Notes: generated by a model not told the origin, from the letters alone. Positions 20,067 through 32,370 are shown, counted from the first letter of the stretch. The stretch is DNA of 64,000 nt from Octopus sinensis (GCF_006345805.1 NC_043010.1:62124001-62188000); one strand, 5' to 3'. Made by a program: numbers and translations.

Positions 20067-22196
20067 TTACTGCATCATGGATTGTATGTTGTGTGTAGCT
20101 TCTTGTGTTTCCATCTTTGGTTGGTCGACTGCGTAGCCCTGCGCGTTGGCCCAACCCGCGGTCCAGCCGGCGATTTGAAAGCCAGCCGGCCAGGTGAAGT
20201 GGTTGGCGTTGGCCATCACAGTCGGCTGCTGCAGCACCATTTGATGCGAGTAATCCGTCGGCATGGAAGCTGGGCTGACAAATGTCGAGGGGATCGTTTG
20301 TGCCATTAGGGGCTGCCTCAGTGCAGTCACCACCGGCTGGGAAATCACCTGGTGCACATTTGGTGGCACTTGTTGATGCTGTTGCTGCTGTTGATGGTGA
20401 TGGTGGTGGTGTTGCTGTGGGCTTGGCTGCTGCAGCGGTGAGCTCGACATTATGGGCGAAGCCTGGGGTTCCTGTTGCTGCATCATCTGCTGCGGCTGCT
20501 GCGGTTGCTCTTGATGCATAATCTGTTGCTGCTGGTCTTGTGAGTGCATCATCTGCTGTTGCTGTTGTTGTTGCTGCTGCTGGTCCTGTGGGTGCATAAT
20601 CTGTTGCTGTTGTTCTTGTGCGTGCATAATTTGTTGCTGTTGGTCCTGGGGGTGCATAATCTGCTGCTGCTGTTGGTCTTGCTGCAGCTCGTGTTGCTGC
20701 TGCTGCAGCATGTGTTGCTGTTGCATCATCTGTTGCTGCTGTTGTTGTTGATGGTGCTGCTGATGCTGTTGCTGCTGCTGCTCTTGCATCATCTGCTGTT
20801 CCTCCTGTTTCAACAACTTGTGCTGCTGCTGCTGTTGTTGTTGTTGCTGCTGCTGTTGTTCCCGTGATCGGTGTGGAGACTGCGATGAAGACGACGTCGA
20901 CGAGGGTGACGTCGGTGCATCACCAGCATGCATCTTTACGCCGGCGACACGCTGCAGCTCCTCCGGGGACATCTTCACATCTGCCGACTCCTCCTCCTCC
21001 CCCTGGCTGCTGTACTCAACCTTCACCTCGGGCAGACACTCCGGGTTGCTGTCTCTGCGGACATGGTGGTGGTGGTGATGATGATGGTGTGGATGCGGGT
21101 GCTGATGAAGGTGGGGATGGTGGTGATGATGGTGGTGGTGATGGTGATGTGGATGTGGGTGCGGATGATGAGGATGGTGGTGGTGGTGATGATGGTGGTG
21201 GTGATGGTGGTGGGGCAGCTTGGTTTGGTTGTGGTGGTTGCACCCGGCATTCGGTGCACCGTTGTTGTTGTTGTTGCAGTTATGGCTCTCGGCGTTGCAG
21301 CCGTGATTATCTGCATTGCAGCTGTGGTTATCGGTTCCGCAGTTGTGATTATCTGTGTTGCATCCGTGGTTATCAACCCCACAGCTGCTGTTGTCAGCCA
21401 CGCCCACGCACGCGACGGCAGCCCCAGCTGGGGCACCCGCAATGTGAGTACGCTCGTGCTTGGTAAGATGGTCCTTACGTGAGTACGCCTTCGAGCACGT
21501 TGTGCACTGAAACGGTTTCTCCCCGCTGTGTGTGCGCTGGTGCTTCTTTAAGTGGTCCTTCCTGGAGAATGCTTTGCTACAAACGCCACACTGGAAGGGC
21601 CTCTCCCCTGTATGGGTCCGCTGGTGTTTATTCAGATGATCCTTACGTGAAAAGGTCTTCTGACAAACTCCACACAAATACAGTTTCTCTCGCACCATAA
21701 ATGCAGAGCGCCGAGAGCGAGAGGTGCGCCGTTTGCCAGTGCTGTTACTTCCACCCACCCTGTAGTTCTTGTCAGTGTCATCATCGTCTTCTTCCCCTTC
21801 GCCAGACTCAAAGGTGTCGTTGTGGTGTACCCTCTCATGATTCTTCAAACGGTCCCTCTGAGAGAACGATTTCTCGCAGAACGAACAACCGTACGGCCTC
21901 TCGCCGGTGTGCGTACGCTCGTGGTTCTTCAGCTTGTCGCGCTGTGCGAACGCTTTACCGCACTCCTGGCAGTAGAAGTGCTTCTCGGCCTCGGGGGCCT
22001 GCTGGTGCCGGGTCAGGTACGCTCGCAATGTGAAACCTTTGCGACACACTTCGCATCGGTAGGGCTTCTTGTTGGCGCTGCTGTCGCCCATCTCGATGAT
22101 CTGCTTGGGTGGCTGTAATAGCACTGGTGCCTCCTCTTCAGGGTGACCATTCTGATGTGCTGTGTACATCACTGCTTCTTCCGAATTGTGTGGCAT
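20067..22196 (-). CDS. C2H2 zinc-finger transcription factor, 709 aa, single coding exon: 1 degenerate + 5 intact fingers in two clusters, His/Cys heptad repeat, poly-His, poly-Gln
   Basis: aaaATG with an in-frame TGA 9 nt upstream; fingers with TGERP/SGEKP linkers; GC-rich uninterrupted 2130-nt ORF; basic [13 protein letters not shown]-type VKVE. Confidence 0.96.
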   Translation of the reverse strand: MPHNSEEAVMYTAHQNGHPEEEAPVLLQPPKQIIEMGDSSANKKPYRCEVCRKGFTLRAYLTRHQQAPEAEKHFYCQECGKAFAQRDKLKNHERTHTGERPYGCSFCEKSFSQRDRLKNHERVHHNDTFESGEGEEDDDDTDKNYRVGGSNSTGKRRTSRSRRSAFMVREKLYLCGVCQKTFSRKDHLNKHQRTHTGERPFQCGVCSKAFSRKDHLKKHQRTHSGEKPFQCTTCSKAYSRKDHLTKHERTHIAGAPAGAAVACVGVADNSSCGVDNHGCNTDNHNCGTDNHSCNADNHGCNAESHNCNNNNNGAPNAGCNHHNQTKLPHHHHHHHHHHHHHPHHPHPHPHHHHHHHHHHHPHLHQHPHPHHHHHHHHHVRRDSNPECLPEVKVEYSSQGEEEESADVKMSPEELQRVAGVKMHAGDAPTSPSSTSSSSQSPHRSREQQQQQQQQQQQQHKLLKQEEQQMMQEQQQQQHQQHHQQQQQQQMMQQQHMLQQQQHELQQDQQQQQIMHPQDQQQQIMHAQEQQQQIMHPQDQQQQQQQQQQMMHSQDQQQQIMHQEQPQQPQQMMQQQEPQASPIMSSSPLQQPSPQQHHHHHHQQQQQHQQVPPNVHQVISQPVVTALRQPLMAQTIPSTFVSPASMPTDYSHQMVLQQPTVMANANHFTWPAGFQIAGWTAGWANAQGYAVDQPKMETQEATHNIQSMMQ

Positions 22197-22800
22197 TTTA
22201 GATCAAACTACTCATAAATATATATAAATATAACTAAAGACTGGTATTGTTGTAGATGTATTGTTGTCTGGCATTTGATATGTAATAATTATTGTTGTTG
22301 TTGTTGTTGTTGTTGTCTTAATTAGGGTTCTTTTCTTATTTCCTTCTTCTCTGTGCACTCATTTAAGGGCCAGGCCACTGCCATCTATTTGCTCTGCTTG
22401 GATAAAATAAATCTGCTTCAACACATGCCTACATACAGAGCGACAAAGGTAGGAAGATAGTCCTTGCAGTAAATATGTTTATACAAACGGTAGCAGCACC
22501 AAAGTGTTGTTTTTGATGCTATTTTCTCGATTGTCTATTTTTCCTTCATGGCAACAGGATCTATCGTTGCACAGGGAAACCGAAGAACTGTCAACAGGAT
22601 GTGACAGGAATAACAACACCAACAACAATGATGATGAAAGCAAAAGATGGTTAGTGTTTCTTCAAGTTGTCATCACGAGGTGACGATGAAGAAGAGTTGA
22701 AGATAGAATTTCTGGCAGGTCCACTGTGGAATCCAAATGCTTTATCTTCCATGAAGTGGGTGAGGACAGTGAGACATCTGAAAATAAAGCAAAGAATAAA
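22197..22800 (-). other. Putative 5' UTR part of the coding exon with splice acceptor (exon starts 22777)
   Basis: Minus strand tttattctttgctttattttcag|atgtctc: polypyrimidine tract + CAG; transposon-free between acceptor and ATG. Confidence 0.65.
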
Positions 22801-22932
22801 TGTCAGAACCAAGAAAGATAACAGAAAGAAACTGTAAAATTTGTTAACAACGACAACAACAACATGGTTTGGTACTTAATGATTTTGTTAATTGCTTCAA
22901 CCCAAACCAACCAAAGCATGACCAGAGATTAA

Positions 22933-23345
22933 CACTTTTGCTACCAAATTTCTATAGAAATTATATTCTTTGTTTCAATTAACGTTGAAAATAACGAAGA
23001 ATTCAATGAAATAACTTCGTCGTAATTAAGCCTTTAGCATTTGGATGATTCTGTCAAATGTATGGCTCCTTTATTCAAATTGTTTTCTGTTAATCAAGCA
23101 TTACAATGTAGCTTTGAGATTTTGACGAGGTGATTGTTTACTTATCGAATGACATTGTAGGATAGGTCTGAGAGGCCAGATCCAGCCAGTTTCAGCAAAA
23201 AATCAGGTAAAACATTTGGACTGGGTATGGATGGTCTAAATGCTAAACGGTCAAGCTGGTGTCTGGAACATAAATTAACAGGAAATTCTGGTGTAAAGCT
23301 TTAATTTATATTATTTTCAAACAGAAAGTTGGTGCCATAGAGAAT
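22933..23345. mobile_element. piggyBac-type MITE P1 with MITE P2 (23030-23250) nested at an internal TTAA
   Basis: TTAA-cacttttgctacc start; insert bounded by TTAA-gcctttagcattt ... aaatgctaaacgg-TCAA; host sequence resumes and matches 30495-30712 and the reverse of 57877-58097. Confidence 0.7.
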
Positions 23346-23517
23346 GTGCCAGAAGCATTTCACGGTCTCCCTCTCACTGTTTTCCTCATGATTTAATCTT
23401 TGTGCCTTAGAACAGGTCATTGTTGTGAAGATCAAACATCCATCTATCTATTCTATTATTGAAATATTCATAACTGAATTCCCAAATTTCTTTGTAAAAT
23501 TTTGTAACGATGTGTTC

Positions 23518-23975
23518 GCCCTGATGCAGTACCCGGCAGTGGCTCTCATGGCTTCTCATCTTAACTGATTGGAAGTGTTATCATGTACATTGTTTTGTCT
23601 TGGTGTAAAAGATGGGCTACAGTAAATATTCTGCTCAATACCACAGATTTGCTTGTCGGTTGTTTGATCTTAACCAGTTGAGCATGTCCCTTAGTGGCTG
23701 ACGATATGTGCATCTCTGACCACGAGCAGAAGTAGTGGGGGAGCATCATAGCCATGTGTTGAAAGGAATTCTTGGGGGTTTGGATAATTCACCTCTGGAA
23801 ACATGGGTGTTTCATTCAACATCCTTAAACAACCCTTATTCAGGGACCTTTTGAGTGGGATGGGTTACTCGACAAGAAGAAAATTCTAACCGGGCCCCAC
23901 CTGCAAGGTCATGTGCTGTTTATCTTGATATGAGATCACCATGTCGCGCACATGTGGCTGTGATGCATGTGCATT
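23518..23975. mobile_element. Probable non-autonomous retroelement fragment, unclassified
   Basis: Discrete higher-GC, repeat-like block recognised by eye; single copy in this window. Confidence 0.35.
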
Positions 23976-24182
23976 AAAGTTATGATGCTGATGATGATGA
24001 TGAGTGCACAGACACAGATTCTAGGATCTGAATGTCAGGCTGGTAAGAATTCAGATGATGTGTGTGTGCGCACGCGCATGCATACATGCATGTGTATGTA
24101 TAAATATAAATGGTAGTCTCTCAAATGCAGGAAGGACAGTTCAGCCATTTCTTGCAGAACAATCAGCACAGATAATTTGTTT

Positions 24183-24390
24183 CGCCCTTTAACATTTAAA
24201 CCAGCCCCTGTTTTATGTTTAAACCAGCCAGATTGGGCCTCTCACACCTACCCTACAATGTCATTCTAAAAACAAACAATCGCATCATCAAAATCTCGAA
24301 GCTACAAGATAATGTATGATTAATTAAAAACAATGTGAATAAACAAACATTATATTTGACCGAATGGTCAGAGTTAGAGTGGTCAAAGGT
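24183..24390. mobile_element. piggyBac-type MITE P2
   Basis: ccctttaacatttaaacc start; reverse-complement match to 12980-13187. Confidence 0.7.
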
Positions 24391-24461
24391 TTGTGCTGCA
24401 CCTGAGCTCACTCTGTCCATCGAATCGATATAACAGGTGCATGGTGTACCATGGGTCAGAT

Positions 24462-24834
24462 GTGGAAGCACTCCGTCGGTTACGACGACGAGGGTTCCAG
24501 TTGATCCGAATCAACGGAACAGCTTGCTCGTGAAATTAACATGTAAGTGGCTGAGCACTCCACAGACACGTGTACCCTTAACGTAGTTCTCGGGGATATT
24601 CAGCGTGACACAGAGAGTGACAAGGCCGGCCCTTTGAAATACAGGTACAACAGAAACAGGAAGTAAGAGTGAGAGAAAGTTGTGGTGAAAGAGTACAGCA
24701 GGGATCACCACCATCCCCTGCCGGAGCCTCGTGGAGCTTTTAGGTGTTTTCGCTCAATAAACACTCACAACGCCCGGTCTGGGAATCGAAACCGCGAGTC
24801 CGCTGCCCTAACCACTGGGCCATTGTGCCTCCAC
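24462..24834 (-). mobile_element. SINE family B, tail type 2, with 14-bp TSD
   Basis: TSD accatgggtcagat at 24448-24461 and 24833-24846. Confidence 0.9.
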
Positions 24835-25049
24835 CATGGGTCAGATATTGAAGTAAACAAAGAACAACATGTGATGAAGTGTTTTGCTCAAGAGTACAAC
24901 ACACTGCCTAATCCTGGAATAGAAACCACAACTTTTCAATCATGAGGGCATTACCCTAACCACTAGGCCATACACTTTCACAAATGTGTATGTGTGTGTG
25001 CATGTGTGTGTTTGAAAATTTGTTTTTCAGCCACAATCTGTCGGGTCTA

Positions 25050-25562
25050 CTCCCTCTCTTAGTTGAGGTCCTTATCTTGCGAGTTTGTGGGGAACTGGAG
25101 CCACATAAAAAGCACCTGTGCTGGTGCCACATATAAAGCACTGTTGCTGGTCCCATATAAAAAGCAACCAGTACACTCTGTAAAGTGGTTGGCATCAGGA
25201 AGGGCATCCAATTTATCTCTTTTTACTACCCACAAGGGGCTAAACACAGAGGGGACAAACAAGGACAAACAAATTAAGTTGATTATATCAACCCCAGTGC
25301 GTAACTGGTACTTAATTTATCGACCCCGAAAGGATGAAAGGCAAAGTCGACCTCGGCGGAATTTGAACTCAGAACGTAACGGCAGATGGAATACGGCTAC
25401 GCATTTCGCCCGCCATGCTAACGTTTCTGCCAGCTCGCCGCCTTAGGGAAGGGCATCCAATTGTAGACAATTGGAGCCCAGTACAGCTCCCCAGCTTGCT
25501 GGCTCCTGTCAAACCATCCAACCCATGCCAGCATGGAAAACGGATGTTAAATGATGATGATA
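25050..25562. mobile_element. Family C (+) interrupted by family D SINE (-, 25214-25446) with 16-bp TSD
   Basis: TSD ggaagggcatccaatt at 25198-25213 and 25447-25462. Confidence 0.9.
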
Positions 25563-26135
25563 TTTTCAGATTCAATTCCAGTGCATGGTATCTTAAACAA
25601 GGGTCTTCTATTTACGTCTTTAGACTGACCAACATCCTGTGAATTGAATCGGTTGGCAGATAGAAACTATGACGAAGCTTGTGTGGGAATAATTTTTAAA
25701 ATATTTACACTCAGGTAGCAAAAATCTGAATTCCGCGAAAGTATCAAAAATGTGAACAGGATGAGAAACGAGCAAGGAGTGAAATGTAAGAGGAAGCGAA
25801 TTAATGAAAGCTGTAAACGTTTAAATTAGACCCAGATATTGAAACGGGAGGCTTAAAAGAGAACCACCCATACAAGTAGATAAGAGAGAAACCAGAACGA
25901 AAGAGGAAGTCAGAAAGATGAGGAGTTGAGAAGAGGCAAGGTTACTGAACTCAGATGTAGAAATAAGAGCCGAGGCCATAAATACACTGGACATCTTTGT
26001 TTTTTCGGTATTGCAAATCTGTGTGTGGATGTTATATTCATGTGAGATACATATGCGAGTTGAAAATATTGGGAAAAATGTTTTTGTATTATTTATTCAC
26101 CATTACACATGTTTCATTTACTAATAGGAGTTATT

Positions 26136-26453
26136 GTGGGGGCGCAATGGCCCAGTGGTTAGGGCAGCGGACTTGCGGTCGGAGGATCGCAGTTTCGATT
26201 CCCAGACCGGGTGTTGTGGGTGTTTATTGAACGAAAACACCTAAAGCTCCACATGGCTCCGGCAGGGGGTGGTGGCGACTTCTGTTGTACTCTTTCGCCC
26301 CAACTTTCTCTCACTCTTTCTTCCTGTTTCTTGGGTAACACTGCAATGGACTGGCGTCCCGTCCAGTAGGGGGAACACATATGCCACAGAAACCGGGAAA
26401 CAGGGTCCATGAGCCTGGCTAGGCTTGAAAAGGGCGCATAAATAAATAAATAA
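26136..26453 (+). mobile_element. SINE family B, tail type 3 (V-domain-like ctgcaatggactggcgtcccgtccag), (TAAA)n end, 13-bp TSD
   Basis: Complete tRNA-like head with A box tggcccagtgg and B-like box gtttcgattcc; TSD aataggagttatt at 26123-26135 and 26454-26466. Confidence 0.9.
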
Positions 26454-26561
26454 AATAGGAGTTATTAAAAAATTGTCTGTAGGAAAGAAAAAAAAACATG
26501 TAAAATATCACTTCTAAGAAATTCTTCTGACAGGGAATCAAATAATATTATTGGATTCTCT

Positions 26562-27070
26562 CATCATCATCATCATTGTTTAACGTCCGTTCTCCATGCT
26601 GGCATGGGTTGGACAGTTCGACTGGGGTCTGGGAAGCTAGAAGGCGGCTCCAGGCTCCAGTCTGATGTGACAGTGTTTCTACACCAACCACTCTGAGAGT
26701 GTAGTGGGTGCTTTTTATGTGCCACTGGCACAGGGGCCAGAGGAGGCTGGCAACAACCATGATTGGTTGGTGCTCTTAACATGCCACCAGCACAGAAGCC
26801 AGTCCTCAGTCAAATCGTCCAACCCATGCTAGCATGGAAAGTGGATGTTAATTGATGATGTGTGTGTGTGTGTGTGTCCCATCACCACTCGACAACTGGT
26901 GCTGGTGTGTTTACATCCCTGTTACTTTTTGGTTTGGCAAAAGGGGCAGATAGAATAAATACCAGGCTCAAGAAATAAAAAAGGGTTTGTAGGGGAGGTC
27001 AATTCATTTGACTGAAAATGCTTCAAGGCAGTGCCCCAGCATGGCCACAGTCTAACGACTGCAACGAGTG
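26562..27070. mobile_element. Family C (-) with an inverted 3' duplicate (26803-26860), followed by a family A 3' half
   Basis: Matches to the other copies. Confidence 0.8.
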
Positions 27071-27620
27071 CAAGGCAGAAGAAATGGACTGTTTCCAAAA
27101 AAGACACTGATAAATGTTTGGTCAGTCCAAAGATATTGATTCACCTGGAATTGTAACATCATCCAAAAAACGTCAGTGGTTCAGACTGAATGAATTCCTT
27201 AAAAATGGAGAAAAAAATAACAAAACACATTTTTTGAATCTAAAATTAAATTCAACTTTTATGCAATCTTTTTCCTCTTTCAAACCACTCTACTAATTTA
27301 CATAATTATTCTAAATCAATTATTTTTCTAATCAGTAAATTTTTCCAATGTTTATTCCAGTGCCAGGATGGGAAATGTCTAATGACCTTGGGTATTTTGT
27401 TTTTCTGTCTGTCTGGAGCTAAAAAAGCAAATTTCAGACACAAACCGTACAACAATCAATGACTTCCTCTCCTTGTAAAGTTATGTCTCCATGAAATTTC
27501 AGTTACTCGGGCGTAAAACTGGAGTTTAGAACTTGCAACAGACATACATTTGGTTTTGCGTACCTTTCACATTTTCTATAATGTTTTACTTAATACTGTT
27601 CTATATTTAAGAAATGAGGA

Positions 27621-28017
27621 ATTATTTACATTATTTACATTTGACAGATATTTTGTCCTCATCTTGTTTGTTGTTAACACAACGTTTTCGGCTGATATAC
27701 CCTCCAGCCTTCATCAGGCAAATGGCATAGTGGTTAAGAGCACGGGCTACTAACCCCAAGATTCCGAGTTCAATTCCAAGCAGTGACCTGAATAATAATA
27801 ATAATAATCATCATCATCATTTAGCGTCCGCTTTCCATGCTAGCATGGGTTGGACGGTTCAACTGGGGTCTGTGAAGCCAGAAGGCTGCATCAGGCCCAG
27901 TCTGATCTGGCACCCAAAACACCTGATAAAGGCTGGAGGGTATATCAGCCGAAAGGTTGTGTTAACAACAAACAAGATGAGGACAAATATCCATCAAATG
28001 CAAATAATGTAAATAAT
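27621..28017 (+). mobile_element. Composite: inverted hammerhead-bearing arm, tRNA-like head, (AAT)n, family C fragment, direct hammerhead-bearing arm
   Basis: 27621-27718 is the reverse complement of 27922-28017; A box 27723-27733, B box 27766-27777; AACAC-CUGAU(G/A)A-A-GGCUG..CAGCC-GAAA(C/G)-GUU-GUGUU. Confidence 0.8.
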
Positions 28018-28388
28018 CTTTTACTTGTGTGAATCACTGGGCTCCAGCCATGCTGGGGCACCGCCCGGAAGAATTTTTAGTTGAATGACTTACACCAGGT
28101 ATTGTTTTTTTTCTCAGCCTGGCACTTATTTTATCATTCTCTTTTGCTGCACTGCTAAGTTACAGGGACATATAAAGAAGTCAACATCTGTTGTCAAGAG
28201 GGAGGGGCAAACACACGTACATGACGGGTTTCTTTTAGTTTCCATTATCCAAAGCTACTCACAAGGCTTTGGGTCAGTCTGGGCCAAGAGTAGAAGACAC
28301 TTGGCAAAGATGCCATGTAGTAGGACTGAACCTGGAACCATGCAGTCAGGAAACAAACTCCTTACCACATGGCCATGCTTATGCCTGT
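28018..28388 (-). mobile_element. SINE family A, old diverged copy
   Basis: Same module order in reverse. Confidence 0.8.
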
Positions 28389-29427
28389 ATTTATATTTCA
28401 TGCCAGGATGGCAAGTGGATGTTGAACAATGATGAGGGTACAATTGCAGGTACTGCTTATCACTCCTGAAGCTTCCCTGGATTGGTTTGAAGGGAACTCA
28501 CTGAATGGGAATGTTAATTTTGAGGAGAGGGGGAGTGTCTTCTTTGAGGCAATACATTCTACCAGAATTTTTTGACCTGGATCTGGTAAAACGTTCCTCC
28601 CTCTTAATCCTTAAAAATTCTGACATAACACTCAAAGCACACGTTTTGTGTGTATGTGTGTGCATATGTGTGTACCCCATCATCCACCCTGTTACCATTG
28701 TTTTATGCTCGTTTCCAGATGGTGATAAAGAGGGAGTAAAGAAATGCTATTAGACCACCCTGGAAAGAGAAGGACGTGTTAGACAATGTAATCCCAGGTG
28801 CGCAATGCCTGATAGCATATTGAGGGGTGGGGGTCATAGTTGGACTATCCTTGATCATAGGTCTGTTTAGTTGGGGTTAAACAACGACAGGTGTGACAGA
28901 TAGAAATGTAAACATAACCAGACCATATTACACAGCACTCTGAATGATCCACCATTGCAGGTTCATGTGGGCAGTCTGTCGCTTATTTTCCTGGGGTCCA
29001 GGGGTGGTAGAAGTGGAACGAAAGATGTGTAGGTCATCTCTAGTTGCTCAACTGTTTCCCTATCTCTGGCAGGGCTACTTGGTCAGGACCGACATGGGGC
29101 TACCCAACAACTGCAACAGCCACTGTTCAACATAGCCCCACGACCAGACCAGCTGATCGATGAGAATGGCTGAACAGTTTGTATTGAAGTGGCCCCAGGT
29201 TCCATTCACAATAACGACAGACCACCGACGAAGAGACAATTACCTCTTATTTCTCTGTCTACTGGCCCCTTTACTGGTCCTGCTCCTTAACCCTATGTGG
29301 TTTGTAAGGATACATACAACAGCCGTATTGTCTGGTTTAGTCTCCAGGAAGATTGGTGGGGTGTGGCCCATGGCCTTCCTTTGCACCTCCTCTCAGACCA
29401 GTGAGTGCAACACAGTTTACCATTTCT

Positions 29428-29660
29428 TATCTCTTTATTGCCCATAAGGGGCTAAACATAGAGGGGACAAACAAGGACAGACAAACAGATTAAATCGATT
29501 ACATAGAGCACAGTGTGTAACTGGTACTTAATTTATTGACCCCAAAAGGATGAAAGGCAAAGTCGACCTCGGCAGAATTTGAACTCAGAACGCAGCAGTG
29601 GATGAAATACCACAAAGCATTTCGCCCAGTGGGCTAACGTTTCTGCCAGATCGCCACCCT
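29428..29660 (-). mobile_element. SINE family D with 17-bp TSD
   Basis: TSD cacagtttaccatttct at 29411-29427 and 29661-29677. Confidence 0.92.
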
Positions 29661-29974
29661 CACAGTTTACCATTTCTGTTGCATGTCGACAACTGCACCA
29701 AAAGGGAGTTGGCAAAGAGATTATAAGAGAGAGCCAGCATCCTGAGGAGGAAACTGAAGTGAATCAGTTAAGGTGGAAACTATGGAAGAGTAATGTAAGT
29801 GATATATTGTCCCATAAGAGAGCTGAATGGATCAGGATTGCTTGATTAGAAGAAGGCAAGAAATCAGCCAGTTCCAAGGGCCAGAGGCCATTGCAGTAGT
29901 GGTAGGGGACAAGACAGAGAGGAGACATAGCGTGTTCATGGGTCAGATGGCAGATGATTGTGACAATTTAAAAA

Positions 29975-30346
29975 CACTATTCGAGTGTGATTGTTACCTG
30001 TGTCGCCTTACTAGCATTTGTGCTGGTAGCATGTGAAAAAAACATTCGAGCAAGGTTGTTGCCAGTGCCGCTGGACTGGCTCCTGTGCAGGTGACACATA
30101 AAAAGCACCATTTGAGCGTAGCCGTTGCCAGTACCACCTAACTGGCCCTTGTGCCGGTGGCACATAAAAAGCACCCACTACACTCTCAGAGTGGTTGGTG
30201 TTAGGAAGAGCATCCAGCTATAGAAACTCTACCAGATCAAGATTGGAGCCTGGTGCAGCCATCTGGTTCGCCAGCCCTCAGTCAAATCCTCCAACCCATG
30301 CTAGCATGGAAAGCGGATGTTAAACGATGATGATGATGATGATGAT
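29975..30346 (+). mobile_element. Family C with internal tandem units
   Basis: Near-identical organisation to 31195-31670 and 53124-53463. Confidence 0.9.
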
Positions 30347-30494
30347 CCTTGGTTCCAAGTATCTCTGTAACCTAGAGGTCGTTCAAGACAACAGTACGGT
30401 CAAGCTGACCTGCTGCTGTGTACCAGTGTATAACTTAAGCATACCAATCACACCTGCTCAACATCAAAGAGAGACACAGGTATGGTGTGTAATT

Positions 30495-30712
30495 AGCCCT
30501 TTTGTTACCTTGTTTCTGTTGAAATAAGCTACCTTTGTTTCAACTAGTTATGACCACAATAAAGAATTTATTCAAAGAACTTTTATGAAACTGGTGTTTG
30601 GAAACATAACATGAAGCCTTGATACAAAGCTTTAATTTAGACCACATGGAAAGAGGAAATCTGGAACACAGAAACAGGAATGGTCTGAAGCTAATTGGAA
30701 TCAAAAAGATAA
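30495..30712. mobile_element. piggyBac-type MITE P1, diverged
   Basis: cccttttgttacc start; similar to the reverse of 57877-58097. Confidence 0.6.
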
Positions 30713-31194
30713 AATGTTCAGTTGTATCGGTGTCGATATGAGTCTAGTAATTAATTTAACAAGACTAAAGAGATAACAGACAATAACGACTGATCGCTAT
30801 GTTATGTGAATCATTTAACAAGATACCCAGGTACAACAATCTTAGCCATTGCTATGACCCTTTTAACAACAACAACAACAACTACAAGATGTTTTCACAA
30901 AAAAAAAGAAGAAAAAAAAAAGGCAAGGTCTCATATTTATGGAAGAGAAAGAAGGGATGTTCATACATTTATCGAAGACATGTGACTGATGTGAAATGTA
31001 TGTCATCTAGAATTGAAACCCTAACTGCATGGGTTTGCTTCAGAAGAAGGGAGAAAATGAGAAGTGAGAAGTTCTAAGTTCCCTCATCAACACACTACAA
31101 CCACTGGTTTTATAGACATGCTATGTCTAATCCTGGTCCCTTCTAGATGCCTTCACTAACACACTACAGCCATTGGTCAATACACATACTGTTT

Positions 31195-31670
31195 CAAATT
31201 CGATGACTGGCATCCGTGCTAGTGGAGCGCTTAGAGCCCCATTCAAGCGTGATCGTTGCCAGAGCAGCTTAACTGGCTTCCGTGCCTGAAGCACGTAAAA
31301 AGCACCATTCTTGTGATTGTTACCAGCGTCGCCTTACTGGCACTTGTGCCGTTAGCACGTGAATAAAAACATTCGGGCAAGGTTGTTGCCAGTGCCGCTG
31401 GACTGACTCCTGTGCAGGTGGCACGTAAAAAGCACCATTTGAGCATGGCCATTGCCAGTACCACCTGACTGGGCCTCATGCTGGTGGCATGTAAAAACAC
31501 CCATTACACTCTTGGAATGGTTGGCATTAGGAAGGGTATCCAGCTGTAGAAACTCTGCCAAATCAAGATTGGAGCCTGATGCAACCATCTGGTTCGCCAG
31601 TCCTCAGTCAAATCGTCCAACCCATGCTAGCATGGAAAGCGGACGTTAAACAATGATAATGATGATGATG
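31195..31670 (+). mobile_element. Family C long copy
   Basis: Internal tandem units, 3' domain, (GAT)n tail. Confidence 0.9.
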
Positions 31671-31974
31671 TTCACTCCTGGTCCCTTCTAGATCCCCTTA
31701 CCAACACCACAACCACTGGCTTGTAGACATGCTGTGTCCACTCCCTGTCTCTTCTACTCTACAACAACAGCTGCTGCTCCTCTTAACTAACATCTTATGT
31801 TGACAATATATTCACTTGCCTTTTCTCCTCTCTTCATTCTTTCTGTGGTTTATTCTCCACACCCCTGCACTAAACACTGCCCAACCCCATCCACCTATCC
31901 ACTGCAACCCCTACTCGAACTCTGTTCCTTCTCATAGTCTTTCTACATTTTTTCAAACTGACTATTAACAATCT

Positions 31975-32370
31975 CCTTTTCCATTCTACGCACAAGGTCC
32001 GAAATTTTGGGGGAGGGTCCAGTCAATTAGATCAATCCCAGTATGCAACTGGTACTTAATTTATTGACCGCGAAAGGATGAAAGGCAAAGTCAACCTTGA
32101 TGGAATTTGAACTCAGAACGTAACGGCAGATGAAATACCTATTTCTTTACTAACCACAAGGGGCTAAACACAGAGAGCACAAACAAGGACAGACAAATGG
32201 ATTAAGTCAATTTTATTGACCCCAGTGTGCAACTGGTACTTATTTAATCGACCCTGAAAGGATGAAAGGCAAAGTCGACCTCGGCGGAATTTGAACTCAG
32301 AACGTAACGGCAGACAAAATACTACAAAGCATTTCACCCGGCGTGCTAACGTTTCTGCAAGGTCACCTTT
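31975..32370 (-). mobile_element. Family D tandem (full copy plus a second partial unit)
   Basis: Two gaaaggatgaaaggcaaagtc..gaactcagaacgtaacggcaga units. Confidence 0.88.

Noticed and set aside
20544-21482. Antisense and alternative-frame poly-Leu, poly-Cys, poly-Val/Met and poly-Gly/Asp ORFs
   Set aside because: Shadows of the CAG/CAC codon repeats of the real - strand CDS.
20067-22196. Assigning a gene symbol (PLAG1/EGR/klumpfuss-like) from the RKDHL helices
   Set aside because: Finger number, spacing and flanks do not match those families as I know them; the shared helix alone is insufficient.
27720-27790. Functional tRNA gene (also considered for 26136-26210)
   Set aside because: A/B boxes are present, but the acceptor stem does not pair and the sequence continues into repeat bodies; these are SINE heads.
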